IMG/VR virus record: IMGVR_UViG_3300044448_000080 | Location: 1 to 24,463 of that record | Length of the DNA stretch: 24,463 nucleotides | Source of the DNA: a virus | Taxonomy: Duplodnaviria > Caudoviricetes | Strand: one strand, 5' to 3' | Part shown: positions 7,004 through 16,527 of the stretch, piece by piece | How the letters are laid out: every line of letters begins with the position of its first letter | Position numbering within the stretch: the stretch's first letter is position 1 | Notes under the pieces: generated by a model | What the model was told of the DNA's origin: nothing | Database searches by the model: none | Seen by the model: the letters and a program-made list of their open reading frames with translations, nothing else | Made by a program: the position numbers and the translations under genes

Positions 7004-10000
7004 TGAGTACCGAACTAATATTATATCCTCAAAACTATAACGGGTACAGCACCAGCACAACTGCGGCTACTGAATACGTTGTAGATGGACAATTTTTTTC
7101 AACTTTTAATAGTGCTGCTAGTATAACACAGTCAGGCTCGTATGGTCTCATAGTACTAGCGTTAGGTTCAAACATAAATACATGGTATCGAGGAAGAACA
7201 AATGCTGCTGTAAGCTATCCTACAGAAGTGAATACTGATGTGCATTTTAATACAGTAGCAGGGTTTCTTTATGGAAGTTATGCATATCAAAGACTAACTA
7301 ATTTAACAGTAGGTCAAATATACACAATAACTGTCACCTTTGAAGCTAACCCTTCAGGCACAGTAGCGTTAGCTGCTTTAAAAGGAGATGCAACTCTTAT
7401 TACGTTTGCTTGGCAAAATTATGCAGTAGTTAATATGGGAACGCAAGTAACTTTAGATTTTACAGCACAAACAACACAAGATATTATATATATAAATTTT
7501 TATGATGCTAGTGCTAATGATTTAGTTGTAGAACATATTTCCGTAAAACAAGGTGGTTTACCACCTTCTATGGTATATACAGATTTAAGTGATGGGCAAG
7601 TGATTTGTGATTTATACCAAGAAGAAGACATCCCTTTAAGTTTGAGTGTTGATAATTTTACAAATGTAGCGGAGAAAGTGCAATCATATTCTAAGAACTT
7701 TAACCTACCTGCAACAAAAAGAAACAATCAAATCTTTAACAATATGTTTGAGATCACAAGGGCAGATGATGGTTTAATTTTCAATCCTTATGTAAAAACC
7801 CAATGCGTTTTAAAACAAGATGGTTTCTTGATATTTGAAGGCTATTTAAGAATGATAGATATAAAAGAAAAAGATGGCGAAATAAGTTATAATGTTAATC
7901 TGTATTCAGAGGTGATAGCTTTAGCAGACACATTGAAAGATAAAACGTTTGCAGACCTAGACCTTACAGAATTAACCAGCGACTATAAGATTAATGATAT
8001 TAAAGATAGTTGGGATGATACTATTGGTTTACCTTTAGAAAACTCGTTATCTGTTACAAGTTTTGCTCGAGACCCTTCATTAGCATCAAACCATACAAAC
8101 GTAATGAAATATCCTTTTATAGATTGGAATCATCAGTTTTCTTTAACTGGAGGGGTTGTTGATTTGCCTAACTTAAATTCAGCTTTCAGACCTTGTATTC
8201 AAATAAAGTATTTAATAAATAAAATATTTTCAGCAGCAGGGTTTACTTGGACTTCTACTTTCTTTGATACTACCGATTTTGGAAAATTGTTTATGGATTT
8301 TAACTGGGGAAATGACGAAAACCCTACTGACCTTAATTATAGTGGATGGAAGGACTATCGACCAGAAACATTACCTGCTCCTAATTTTGTGGCAAATCCT
8401 AATCAGCCTATTAAATTTACTGGTGGTGTTCTGCCTTCTCAAGCAGGTTATGATACTTCAACTGGGGTTTTTACAGTACCTGCAGGTCAAGGAGATACAG
8501 ATTATTATTTTAGTATTACTGTAGATTTTGTACTGTGTAATTATGATGAAGCCCCAGATTTAACCGCACAATTTTTGAAGAATGGTGTTTATGTTCCTAC
8601 TTCAGGTTTTACATGGCAATCAACAACTAATGCTGGTCATGGAAGTGCTATTGCTTATGTTGATAGTATAGTGGCAGGACAATTACAAAGTATCGCTTTG
8701 CAAACAAATAGAGGGGGTTGGTATGATTCTGCACCTACCGTAACTATTGACACAAGTCAAGGTGCGCCACTGTCTTCAGGAAGTGGAGCTACGGCAACTG
8801 CAACTGGTACTTTTCCAGGTCCAGTTACAGGAATCACAATGACTAATGTAGGGAGTGGTTATGATTCTAACCATCCTCCTTATGTAATGTTTAACAATGT
8901 GGAAAAAGATGAGTGTGTACGAACTTATACAGCAAATTTTTCTGTTGACCTTGAAGATGGAGATGTTTTACAGCCTGTCTTTGGCACAACTGGTACTCAT
9001 AGTTCACATCAATATGCAATACTTCAAGATAATAGATGGAATATATATGGGCTGGGTCAAGTTTATAGTATTAGTAGAACAGCATGGATGTATGTAAATA
9101 CAGGGGTAGATGTTTTAACCAGTCAGGGTTTACTTAACACCTTGCGAGGCGACTTAGGTCAATGGGATTTTATAAAAGGTATTATGACTATGTTTAATCT
9201 AGTAAGTCTTCCTGATGATACAAATAAAAATAACATCATAATAGAAACTTATAATGATATATTTATAAAACACACAAATAGTGGGGATATGTCTCCAGCA
9301 GGAATGACTTTAGCACATAGAAGTATAGAGCATGATTGGACAGACAAGGTAGATGTTTCACAAATGGAGCTTAAACCTTTAACAGATTTGAATAAAAATA
9401 CAATCTTTAAGTTTGTAGAAGATGATGATGATTATTCTTTTAATGCTTATAAAATGGCAACAGCAGGAGGGCTTTATGGTGCTAAGTATTGGGATGCTTC
9501 AGGATTTACTATTTTAGAGGGTGAAGAAGAAATTGTAGCTGAACCTTTTGCGGCAACAGTAATAAAACCTTTACAAGAAGGGTTGAATGATTTTATAGCT
9601 CCTGCAATATATGCAGTAGATGAAAGTGGAGAGAGTGATGGGTTTGATAATTCTCCAAGAATACTATATAATAATGGGGTAAAAACTTTATCTTCTACTA
9701 CCTACAATATTCCTTCTCAAAATGGTCATGCGGGAATATCTGGAGAAACTCAATATTTACAATTTAGCCATTTATCTGATATTCCTATTGCACCAGGTAC
9801 TACTAGAGATTTTAACTTTGAGAGTCAACAGCTTATACAACCTCTATCTATGTTTGGTGTTCCTGCGGATAATTTATTTACTACATATTGGCTTCCTTAT
9901 TTTTCAGAACTATATAGCCCCGATACAAGAACAATGACTTTAAAAGTCAATCTAACCCCTTCAGATATTAATACTTTTAAGTTCTACGATACTGTAATGA

Positions 10001-10083
10001 TTAAAAATAGAACTTTCAGAGTAAATAAAATAGAATACAAACCCAACACCTTAGCTAAAGTTGAATTTATTTTAATAGGATAA
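7003..10083 (+). CDS. Large tail hub/tail-tip protein
   Basis: 1026 aa with core motifs DLYQEEDIPLSLS..YSKNFNLPATKRNN, YPFIDW, DWTDKVD and FRVNKIEY, plus variable beta-rich inserts. Confidence 0.65.
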   Translation: MSTELILYPQNYNGYSTSTTAATEYVVDGQFFSTFNSAASITQSGSYGLIVLALGSNINTWYRGRTNAAVSYPTEVNTDVHFNTVAGFLYGSYAYQRLTNLTVGQIYTITVTFEANPSGTVALAALKGDATLITFAWQNYAVVNMGTQVTLDFTAQTTQDIIYINFYDASANDLVVEHISVKQGGLPPSMVYTDLSDGQVICDLYQEEDIPLSLSVDNFTNVAEKVQSYSKNFNLPATKRNNQIFNNMFEITRADDGLIFNPYVKTQCVLKQDGFLIFEGYLRMIDIKEKDGEISYNVNLYSEVIALADTLKDKTFADLDLTELTSDYKINDIKDSWDDTIGLPLENSLSVTSFARDPSLASNHTNVMKYPFIDWNHQFSLTGGVVDLPNLNSAFRPCIQIKYLINKIFSAAGFTWTSTFFDTTDFGKLFMDFNWGNDENPTDLNYSGWKDYRPETLPAPNFVANPNQPIKFTGGVLPSQAGYDTSTGVFTVPAGQGDTDYYFSITVDFVLCNYDEAPDLTAQFLKNGVYVPTSGFTWQSTTNAGHGSAIAYVDSIVAGQLQSIALQTNRGGWYDSAPTVTIDTSQGAPLSSGSGATATATGTFPGPVTGITMTNVGSGYDSNHPPYVMFNNVEKDECVRTYTANFSVDLEDGDVLQPVFGTTGTHSSHQYAILQDNRWNIYGLGQVYSISRTAWMYVNTGVDVLTSQGLLNTLRGDLGQWDFIKGIMTMFNLVSLPDDTNKNNIIIETYNDIFIKHTNSGDMSPAGMTLAHRSIEHDWTDKVDVSQMELKPLTDLNKNTIFKFVEDDDDYSFNAYKMATAGGLYGAKYWDASGFTILEGEEEIVAEPFAATVIKPLQEGLNDFIAPAIYAVDESGESDGFDNSPRILYNNGVKTLSSTTYNIPSQNGHAGISGETQYLQFSHLSDIPIAPGTTRDFNFESQQLIQPLSMFGVPADNLFTTYWLPYFSELYSPDTRTMTLKVNLTPSDINTFKFYDTVMIKNRTFRVNKIEYKPNTLAKVEFILIG

Positions 10084-10886
10084 TGGATTATTTAAAAGGA
10101 TATACAATAAAACCTTACACAGTAGAACCTAATGGTGAAGTGATTTTTACTGATGGAACAAATAATGATATAAGAGCAAATCAAACTCAGTGTCAAGCGT
10201 ATGGATTTACTTATGACCCTAATTCAGGTACTTGTAAAGCGTTTGATTTTAATCTTCAAATGAATACTAATTTTCAAAATATAGATAATAAAATATACGG
10301 ACCAGGAAATATAACAGGAACAGGTGTGAATAATACTATTATCAATGGAACTAACAATATAGTCGAGGGTAATAGTAATAATGGATTTATAAGTGGGCGA
10401 AATAATAAAATAGATTCAGGAGTTGATAATGCAACAGTTGTAGGTAGTTCTGGAACTGCTATAAGGCAAGGAGAATTTGTAGTTGGTAGTAATGCAGGGC
10501 AAACATCTTCTTTTGCTTTAAATGGAACAACAACAGATGCTACGGCAACCGCTTTATTTGTAGATGGTGATTCTTCTGTAACAACAATAGCAAGAGAAAA
10601 TGATTTTCCTTACTTTTTTACAATAGATGCTTTTGGATTTAGGACAGGAGGTGCTTCAGGCTCAGGGGCAGTAGGTGATGCTACATTTATAAAAATAGAG
10701 GGTTTTATAAGTGATGTAACATTAACACAAACAACAGCGACAGTAGTAAATAAAGGAACATCAGCAACGTGGAGATGCGCACCTGCTCTTAGTGGTAGCA
10801 ACTTGCAATTAAAAGCAACAGGTCAAGCATCAATGGATATTACTTGGCAGGCGAATGCTACATTTACTAAAATGATAGGAACATAA
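10083..10886 (+). CDS. Putative tail fiber/spike protein
   Basis: N/G-rich beta-roll-like repeats (GTNNIVEGNSNNGFISGRNNKI) and a beta-sandwich-like C-terminus. Confidence 0.55.
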   Translation: MDYLKGYTIKPYTVEPNGEVIFTDGTNNDIRANQTQCQAYGFTYDPNSGTCKAFDFNLQMNTNFQNIDNKIYGPGNITGTGVNNTIINGTNNIVEGNSNNGFISGRNNKIDSGVDNATVVGSSGTAIRQGEFVVGSNAGQTSSFALNGTTTDATATALFVDGDSSVTTIARENDFPYFFTIDAFGFRTGGASGSGAVGDATFIKIEGFISDVTLTQTTATVVNKGTSATWRCAPALSGSNLQLKATGQASMDITWQANATFTKMIGT

Positions 10887-10897
10887 AATAGATAACA

Positions 10898-12598
10898 ATG
10901 GCAACAAAAAAAGTATTAAATTTAGAAGTAGATTCAAATATAGGACAAGTATCTAAGGACGCAAAAGAAGCAGCTTCAGAGTTTCAATTTATGGGAGTTT
11001 CTTTAAATTCAGTTAAAAGTGCTTTTAGTAAAATTATACCAACAGCGAAAGCTATGTTTGGAACTATTAAAGCAGGAATAATAAGTACAGGTGTAGGAGC
11101 ATTAGTGGTGGCAGTAGGATCATTAGTTACTTGGTTTACTAAAACTAAAAAGGGAGCAGAAACCTTATTAGTAGTTTTCAAAGGAGTAGGTGCAGCAGTT
11201 AATGTGATTGTAGATAGAATCTCTAAATTTGGAGGTGGTATTGCTAAGATATTATCAGGGAATGTAAAAGCAGGATTAACAGACATGAAAAATAGCTTCA
11301 AAGGAATTGGAGATGAAATAAGAAGTGATACAACAGCAGCGATGAATTTACAAATGGCATTTAATAATCTCAGAGATAGGCAAAGAGATTTAAATGTAGA
11401 AACAGCACAAGCGAGAGCAGACATTGAAGCATACAAGTTAATTGCAGAAGATGTAACAAAGACAGAAGAAGAAAGATTAAGTGCAGCGCAAAAGGCATTT
11501 AAAATAGAAAATAATTTATTAGATAAGAGAATATCAAATGCAGAAGACTCATTAAAACTTCAGAGAGAGGAAATGGAGTTGTCTGAGAATATGGCAGAAG
11601 ATTTAGATGCTGAAGCACAATTACAAATTGACCTTGCTAATATTAAACAAGAAAGTGTTACTAAGCAAATTGAGCTGAACAATAAGATTAACGCAATTGA
11701 GGCTGAAACAAGGGCTAAAAGAAAAGAGAGGCATGATACAAGGATGCAGGAACTAGCAGATCAACGAGCAGCAGAATTTAATATTGCTGAGGAAACATCT
11801 AGAATAGAAGAAGAGTTAGCCACCGCTCGTTTGAAGACAGAAGAAGATAGACAGCTAGAGGCAATAATCAAGAAACGAGATATTGCATTAGAAGCAGCCG
11901 AACAAGAAATTAAAGATCTAGAAGACTTAGAGAGAAGAAAAACCGCCATTAATGAGTTATTTCAAGAAGAGTATTTTGCGTTCCTAGAGAAAACTTCATT
12001 AGTTGAAATTGAGGGTAATGAAAGAACTGCTGAACAAATTATAGCAGGTGAAAAACATAAGGCACAGGCAGTACATCAGATTAGAATGGCAGATGCAAAT
12101 AATTTATCAGCAGCAGTTGGTTTGATGAAAACCTTTGCAGGAGAAAATGAAGGACTAATGGCAGGAGCAATAGTTGCAGAAAATATTGCTGGAATAGCAA
12201 AGACTGTTATACAAACACAAGCTAGTAATGCAGCGACTATTGCACAAGGAGCGGCTTTAGCAATACCAACTGGAGGAGCATCAGTCGCAACAGCCGCAGC
12301 ATTAGTAACAAAAACTAATATTGCAGCAGGTATATCTATTGCAGCTTCTATTGCAGCAACAGCACAAGCATTAGGTCAATTAGGAAAAGGTGGGGGTGGA
12401 GGTAGTGGAGGAGCATCATTACCATCAGCATCTAGTGGTGGTGGTGGTGGTGGAACACCAGCCCCTGAATTTGCAACAGGTACTTTTGAGTTAAGTGGTG
12501 GTCAAGAAATAGAGCCAATGAGAGCTTATGTAGTTTCAGATGAAATAACACAAAGCCAAAATGCTTTAGAAATAATAAGACGTAGAGCAACAATTTAA
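10898..12598 (+). CDS. Tape measure protein
   Basis: Ala/Gly hydrophobic segments (IISTGVGALVVAVGSLV), long charged coiled coil, Gly-rich linker and C-terminal RAYVV motif. Confidence 0.7.
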   Translation: MATKKVLNLEVDSNIGQVSKDAKEAASEFQFMGVSLNSVKSAFSKIIPTAKAMFGTIKAGIISTGVGALVVAVGSLVTWFTKTKKGAETLLVVFKGVGAAVNVIVDRISKFGGGIAKILSGNVKAGLTDMKNSFKGIGDEIRSDTTAAMNLQMAFNNLRDRQRDLNVETAQARADIEAYKLIAEDVTKTEEERLSAAQKAFKIENNLLDKRISNAEDSLKLQREEMELSENMAEDLDAEAQLQIDLANIKQESVTKQIELNNKINAIEAETRAKRKERHDTRMQELADQRAAEFNIAEETSRIEEELATARLKTEEDRQLEAIIKKRDIALEAAEQEIKDLEDLERRKTAINELFQEEYFAFLEKTSLVEIEGNERTAEQIIAGEKHKAQAVHQIRMADANNLSAAVGLMKTFAGENEGLMAGAIVAENIAGIAKTVIQTQASNAATIAQGAALAIPTGGASVATAAALVTKTNIAAGISIAASIAATAQALGQLGKGGGGGSGGASLPSASSGGGGGGTPAPEFATGTFELSGGQEIEPMRAYVVSDEITQSQNALEIIRRRATI

Positions 12599-12602
12599 AA
12601 AT

Positions 12603-12632
12603 CAAATAAAATTAATTAAATACTATTATATA
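12603..12632 (+). promoter_or_regulatory. Bipartite late-promoter motif CAAATAAA-N12-CTATTATATA
   Basis: Identical boxes and spacing at three sites; 2 nt before ATG 12635. Confidence 0.65.
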
Positions 12633-12634
12633 AT

Positions 12635-13354
12635 ATGCCTTGTAAAGAATGTAAAGACGGAAAAGTAAAATGGGGAAACTCAGGAGAGTGTAAATATGAC
12701 TCAATAGCTGAATGTGAAGAAGCACATAAAGACTATTACGAAAAGACAACTGAGATTAGAGAGTTGTTAATTGATGATAATAGTCAAGAACTAGCAATTG
12801 ATGCGATTAGTCTAGTGTCAGCACCTGCAATCGAGCAGGACTTTGTTTATTTTGGAAAAGAAAAGAACAACTTAACTTTTGCTAAAGTAGACGAAGAAAA
12901 AAGAATGTTAATCAGTCCTGCTTTAATACCTAACAAACAAATCTTCAGATATGATCCTAATACTGATTCAGAATACTATGTTTACTTTAGTCCTGAAACA
13001 GTTAGAAAAGCGAGTGAGCTTTATTTAAAACATAACAATCATCACAAAGCTACATACGAACACCAAGATAGAGTAAGCGGTGTGCTTACAGTTGAAAGTT
13101 GGATAAAAGAAGGCGATATGGATAAGTCAAAGCTGTACGGTTTTGACCTGCCTAACGGCACTTGGTTCGTTAAAATGAAAATCAATAATGACGAGCTGTG
13201 GAAAAAAGTAAAGGATGGTCAATTAAAGGGCTTGTCTATTGAGGGCTACTTTACAGACAAGATGTCTAAGCTATCTGAAAAGACACCAACAGATGAAGAA
13301 ATATTAGCAGCTCTTAATGAGATAATAAAAGAAAATCAAATAAAGAACAAATAG
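12635..13354 (+). CDS. Prohead protease (XkdF-like putative serine protease)
   Basis: AISLVSAPAIE, ALIPNKQIFR, TYEH, VESW, GTWFVKMKI and GLSIEGYF motifs; upstream of the scaffold and capsid genes. Confidence 0.8.
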   Translation: MPCKECKDGKVKWGNSGECKYDSIAECEEAHKDYYEKTTEIRELLIDDNSQELAIDAISLVSAPAIEQDFVYFGKEKNNLTFAKVDEEKRMLISPALIPNKQIFRYDPNTDSEYYVYFSPETVRKASELYLKHNNHHKATYEHQDRVSGVLTVESWIKEGDMDKSKLYGFDLPNGTWFVKMKINNDELWKKVKDGQLKGLSIEGYFTDKMSKLSEKTPTDEEILAALNEIIKENQIKNK

Positions 13355-13366
13355 TTCTATTATATA
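13337..13366 (+). promoter_or_regulatory. Bipartite late-promoter motif CAAATAAA-N12-CTATTATATA
   Basis: Upstream of the scaffold-capsid genes. Confidence 0.65.
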
Positions 13367-13396
13367 ATATAAACTTACTTTAAATAAAAAATTACT

Positions 13397-14077
13397 ATGG
13401 ATTTAAAAGAACAAATATTAGTAGCTCTTGGTCTTAATAAAAAAGACGAAGAAGTGAAATTAGCTTGGCAGTCAAAATCTGAAGACGGTACAATTTTTGT
13501 ATCTACTGCTGAAGAGCTAGAAGCTGGGGTGGACATCTCAGTTCTGACCGAAGATGGCACGACAATATTACTACCTGTTGGAACTTACAAAACTGATACT
13601 GGCATATCTTTTAGAGTAGAAACTGAAGGAATTGTAGCTGAAGTTATTGAAAGTGAAACAGAAGCAGAAGATACAGAAGAAGAAGAAATGTCTGAAGAAA
13701 CTGCTTTAGAAGAAGAAGCAGATGTGGCTGATTGGCAGGGTATGGAAAAGCGAATTGAAAATCTCGAAATAGCGGTTGCAAAACTTAAAGAAGCTAAAGA
13801 AGGGGGTGATGATGAAGTTGAAGAAATGGCAGAAGAAACTGAAGAGCCTTCAAAGAATCCAAAAACTATAACTACAAAAGAAGTAGTAGAATTTTCCGCA
13901 GAAGAAGTAGAAGCAATAAAAGCTGAGAATGAAAAGTTAAAAGATGAATTAGCTAAATCACCTGCTGATTCACCAATTAATACAAATAAATTTAGTAGTG
14001 AACAAAGAGTTTATACTAAAAAAGAATTATCAAAAATGTCTCCGAGTGAGAGATTTTTACTAAAGTTAAATAAATAA
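13397..14077 (+). CDS. Capsid scaffolding protein
   Basis: Very acidic with a coiled coil; lies between the protease and capsid genes. Confidence 0.65.
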   Translation: MDLKEQILVALGLNKKDEEVKLAWQSKSEDGTIFVSTAEELEAGVDISVLTEDGTTILLPVGTYKTDTGISFRVETEGIVAEVIESETEAEDTEEEEMSEETALEEEADVADWQGMEKRIENLEIAVAKLKEAKEGGDDEVEEMAEETEEPSKNPKTITTKEVVEFSAEEVEAIKAENEKLKDELAKSPADSPINTNKFSSEQRVYTKKELSKMSPSERFLLKLNK

Positions 14078-14103
14078 AAATTAATAAATAAAAAACAAAA
14101 AAA

Positions 14104-15015
14104 ATGGCAGAACCAACAGTAACTCAAACGTTTACGGGAACGGCAGCAGGATTCTATATTTCAGCAGCCCTTCAAGATAGCGTTTCTTTAGACTATATGA
14201 CAGTCTTAGAGAACGTTAAGTATAAAATGAATGTGCAGACTCTAGGAGCAGCAAATGTTGTTAGAGATGCAACTTGCGACTTTACAGATCATGGAACTCT
14301 TGACTTAGGTGAAAGAGTATTAGAAGTTGAGCCGTTCCAAATTAACTTGGATTTGTGTAAGAAAAATCTTTTAAGTTCTTGGGAGGCATTAAAAATGAGA
14401 GCAGGAGCAGGTGCGCCTCCAGCACCAGAATTTACAGACTATGTTATTTCTTACATGGCAGGTAATATTTCATCACAAGTAGAAAAATGTATTTGGACGG
14501 GTAATACAGCTAACAATGGAGAATTTACAGGATTTGTTACAGGTGCGGTAGGACTTTTATTAGGAGCAGGGGCAACACAAGTAGCAGCTTCAGCAACTCC
14601 TTTTACAAATGGAAACATTATAGCTAACTTAAATGTAGCTTATGAAAGTATTTCAGACGCATTATTTGGTAGAGATGACTTATATATTTACATGTCGCCT
14701 ACTTCATACCAAATGTATATCCAAGCATCTTCAGCTTTAACTAACTTCCCTTATGCAAATATGAGTGAAGATTACATGCCAGTATTTAATGGCGTAAAAT
14801 TAGCTGTGTGCAATGGAATGTCAGATGATGAATTAGTAGTGGCACAAAAGAGTAATTTATTCTTCGGTACCGACCTGATCTCCGATACAGACGGAGCTTC
14901 AATCAAACTTTTAGATATGGGTGCTTTGGATGGATCAGATAATTTACGAGTAGTATGTAGATATAATGCTGGTGTTGTTCAAGGAATTAAAGCTGATATT
15001 GTAAGAGTAGCTTAA
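14104..15015 (+). CDS. Major capsid protein
   Basis: 303 aa with FYISAAL, NVKYK, CDF, QINLDLCK and NLFFGTDL motifs; follows the scaffold and precedes a strong hairpin. Confidence 0.8.
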   Translation: MAEPTVTQTFTGTAAGFYISAALQDSVSLDYMTVLENVKYKMNVQTLGAANVVRDATCDFTDHGTLDLGERVLEVEPFQINLDLCKKNLLSSWEALKMRAGAGAPPAPEFTDYVISYMAGNISSQVEKCIWTGNTANNGEFTGFVTGAVGLLLGAGATQVAASATPFTNGNIIANLNVAYESISDALFGRDDLYIYMSPTSYQMYIQASSALTNFPYANMSEDYMPVFNGVKLAVCNGMSDDELVVAQKSNLFFGTDLISDTDGASIKLLDMGALDGSDNLRVVCRYNAGVVQGIKADIVRVA

Positions 15016-15031
15016 TAACTTAATTACAAGA

Positions 15032-15058
15032 AGTGAGGGCTTCGGCTCTCACTCCTTT
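15032..15058 (+). terminator. Hairpin with C(UUCG)G loop after the capsid gene
   Basis: AGTGAGGGC-TTCG-GCTCTCACT followed by a weak CCTTT tail; leaky terminator or stabilising stem. Confidence 0.65.
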
Positions 15059-15079
15059 AACCTTTAAAATAATAAAAAT

Positions 15080-15661
15080 ATGGCTTGTACGGCATTAACA
15101 AAAGGACGAGGACTGGACTGTAATCGTATATCAGGGGGCGTAAAAAAGATATTTTTCTCAGTATTTGACGAAGATGTGTCTTATACTTATGATGCTTCCC
15201 ACCCTTTAGAAATTGATGCGATTGATTGGAACAGCACGACAATTTATGAATATGTGATGCCGCTTGGAGTGGCAAGTATAACAGATACAATCACAGGTAG
15301 TCGTGAAAACGGAACTATTTTCTATACTCCAACAGTCAATATCATGTTAAATAAACTGACAAAACAGGATCAAAATGAGATTAAATTGTTAGGGAAAACT
15401 AAGGTGAGAATTTTTGCACAATTAAATCAACAATTAGCTAATGGTCATGATGTATTTATTGCATTAGGAATGGCAAATGGGCTAGAACTTAACGCAGGGA
15501 CTATGGATAGCGGAGCTGCCTTCGGGGATCGTAATGGTTACACTCTTACCTTCGATGGACTGGAAGCAATACCTTTTGCTTTCTTAGAAGATTATACTAC
15601 CAACCCGTGGGATCAATCTGGCTTTATTAATGAAGCAGCAACATTCCCAACAACTGGATAA
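15080..15661 (+). CDS. Major tail tube protein
   Basis: MAC.LTKGR..DC...GGVK, SRENGTIFY and GAAFGDRNGYTLTFDGLE motifs. Confidence 0.7.
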   Translation: MACTALTKGRGLDCNRISGGVKKIFFSVFDEDVSYTYDASHPLEIDAIDWNSTTIYEYVMPLGVASITDTITGSRENGTIFYTPTVNIMLNKLTKQDQNEIKLLGKTKVRIFAQLNQQLANGHDVFIALGMANGLELNAGTMDSGAAFGDRNGYTLTFDGLEAIPFAFLEDYTTNPWDQSGFINEAATFPTTG

Positions 15662-15693
15662 ATTAATTAGTAGTTTTCATATATTCTTTGATT

Positions 15694-15721
15694 AGGGGGC
15701 TTTTTAGCCCTCTTTTCTTTT
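15694..15721 (+). terminator. Intrinsic terminator
   Basis: AGGGGGCT-TTTT-AGCCCTCT followed by TTTCTTTT. Confidence 0.75.
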
Positions 15722-15725
15722 ATAC

Positions 15726-15755
15726 CAAATAAAAACCACTTTTTTCTATTATATA
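15726..15755 (+). promoter_or_regulatory. Bipartite late-promoter motif CAAATAAA-N12-CTATTATATA
   Basis: Directly after a terminator and 2 nt before ATG 15758. Confidence 0.65.
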
Positions 15756-15757
15756 GT

Positions 15758-16237
15758 ATGATACAAGCAATTAGGGAAACTAACTTTACAGCTTATATAG
15801 AAACTGAAGCAAAGAGAATAGATACTTCAGTAGGGAGTGGTAAAATAAGACATCTATTTAAGTTTACAAATGATTTAGATGGTGCAGTATTTTATTGTTA
15901 TGGAGCAGTTGAAAATATTTTTGACCGATATACTAAAGTGGGATTTACTTATAGTTCTTCACCTGATAGATATGAAGGAAGAATAGATTTAAAACCTGCG
16001 GGATATTACAAGTATGAAGCGTATGAAGTTAGCTGGATAGGAACAGTAAAAATGGAAAACAACTATGCACCTGCAACAGAAACAGATGTATTACCTGTTG
16101 AAAATGATAATGGAGTAGTGCAAGGGCTTGTGGCAATAGGCAAATTATATTTAGCAGAAAAAGCAGGAAGTGAACAGGTACGATATACAGAATATGAACC
16201 ACCAGCTTCTACAAATTATATATATTACGGACAATAA
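15758..16237 (+). CDS. Hypothetical virion protein (possible head closure)
   Basis: Intact ORF behind the late motif; GYYKYEAYEV motif. Confidence 0.45.
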   Translation: MIQAIRETNFTAYIETEAKRIDTSVGSGKIRHLFKFTNDLDGAVFYCYGAVENIFDRYTKVGFTYSSSPDRYEGRIDLKPAGYYKYEAYEVSWIGTVKMENNYAPATETDVLPVENDNGVVQGLVAIGKLYLAEKAGSEQVRYTEYEPPASTNYIYYGQ

Positions 16238-16248
16238 AAAATTAAAAA

Positions 16249-16524
16249 ATGGCAATAGAAAATGTACAACAGCTTTTAACAGAGCAATTAGGTAAAAATG
16301 GAGATACAGTAGTATTTACAACAGCAGCACAAACAGGCAAAGATTGGTATTGTGTTTACTTCCCTGTTGAAAGTGTAGTGTCAGCAATAACAGTAGCAGA
16401 TGCAACAGGTGAAAGTGCTTTACAGACAACTTTACCTGCTGGAACTACTTTGTTTATGAACATTACTGCGATAACTCTGACAAGTGGTGTTGGAGTAGGT
16501 TATGCAGAAGGAGCAACTACTTAG
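16249..16524 (+). CDS. Hypothetical small virion protein
   Basis: Beta-rich, TLPAGTTLFMNITAITLTSG. Confidence 0.5.
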   Translation: MAIENVQQLLTEQLGKNGDTVVFTTAAQTGKDWYCVYFPVESVVSAITVADATGESALQTTLPAGTTLFMNITAITLTSGVGVGYAEGATT

Positions 16525-16527
16525 AAT

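Noticed and set aside
8264-9937. Alternate-frame + ORFs 8264-8524, 8897-9097 and 9722-9937
   Set aside because: Nested in the 1026-aa tail gene, with the Leu/Ile-rich composition typical of off-frame AT-rich sequence.
12388-12455. GGT/GGA repeats
   Set aside because: They simply encode a Gly linker in the tape measure protein.
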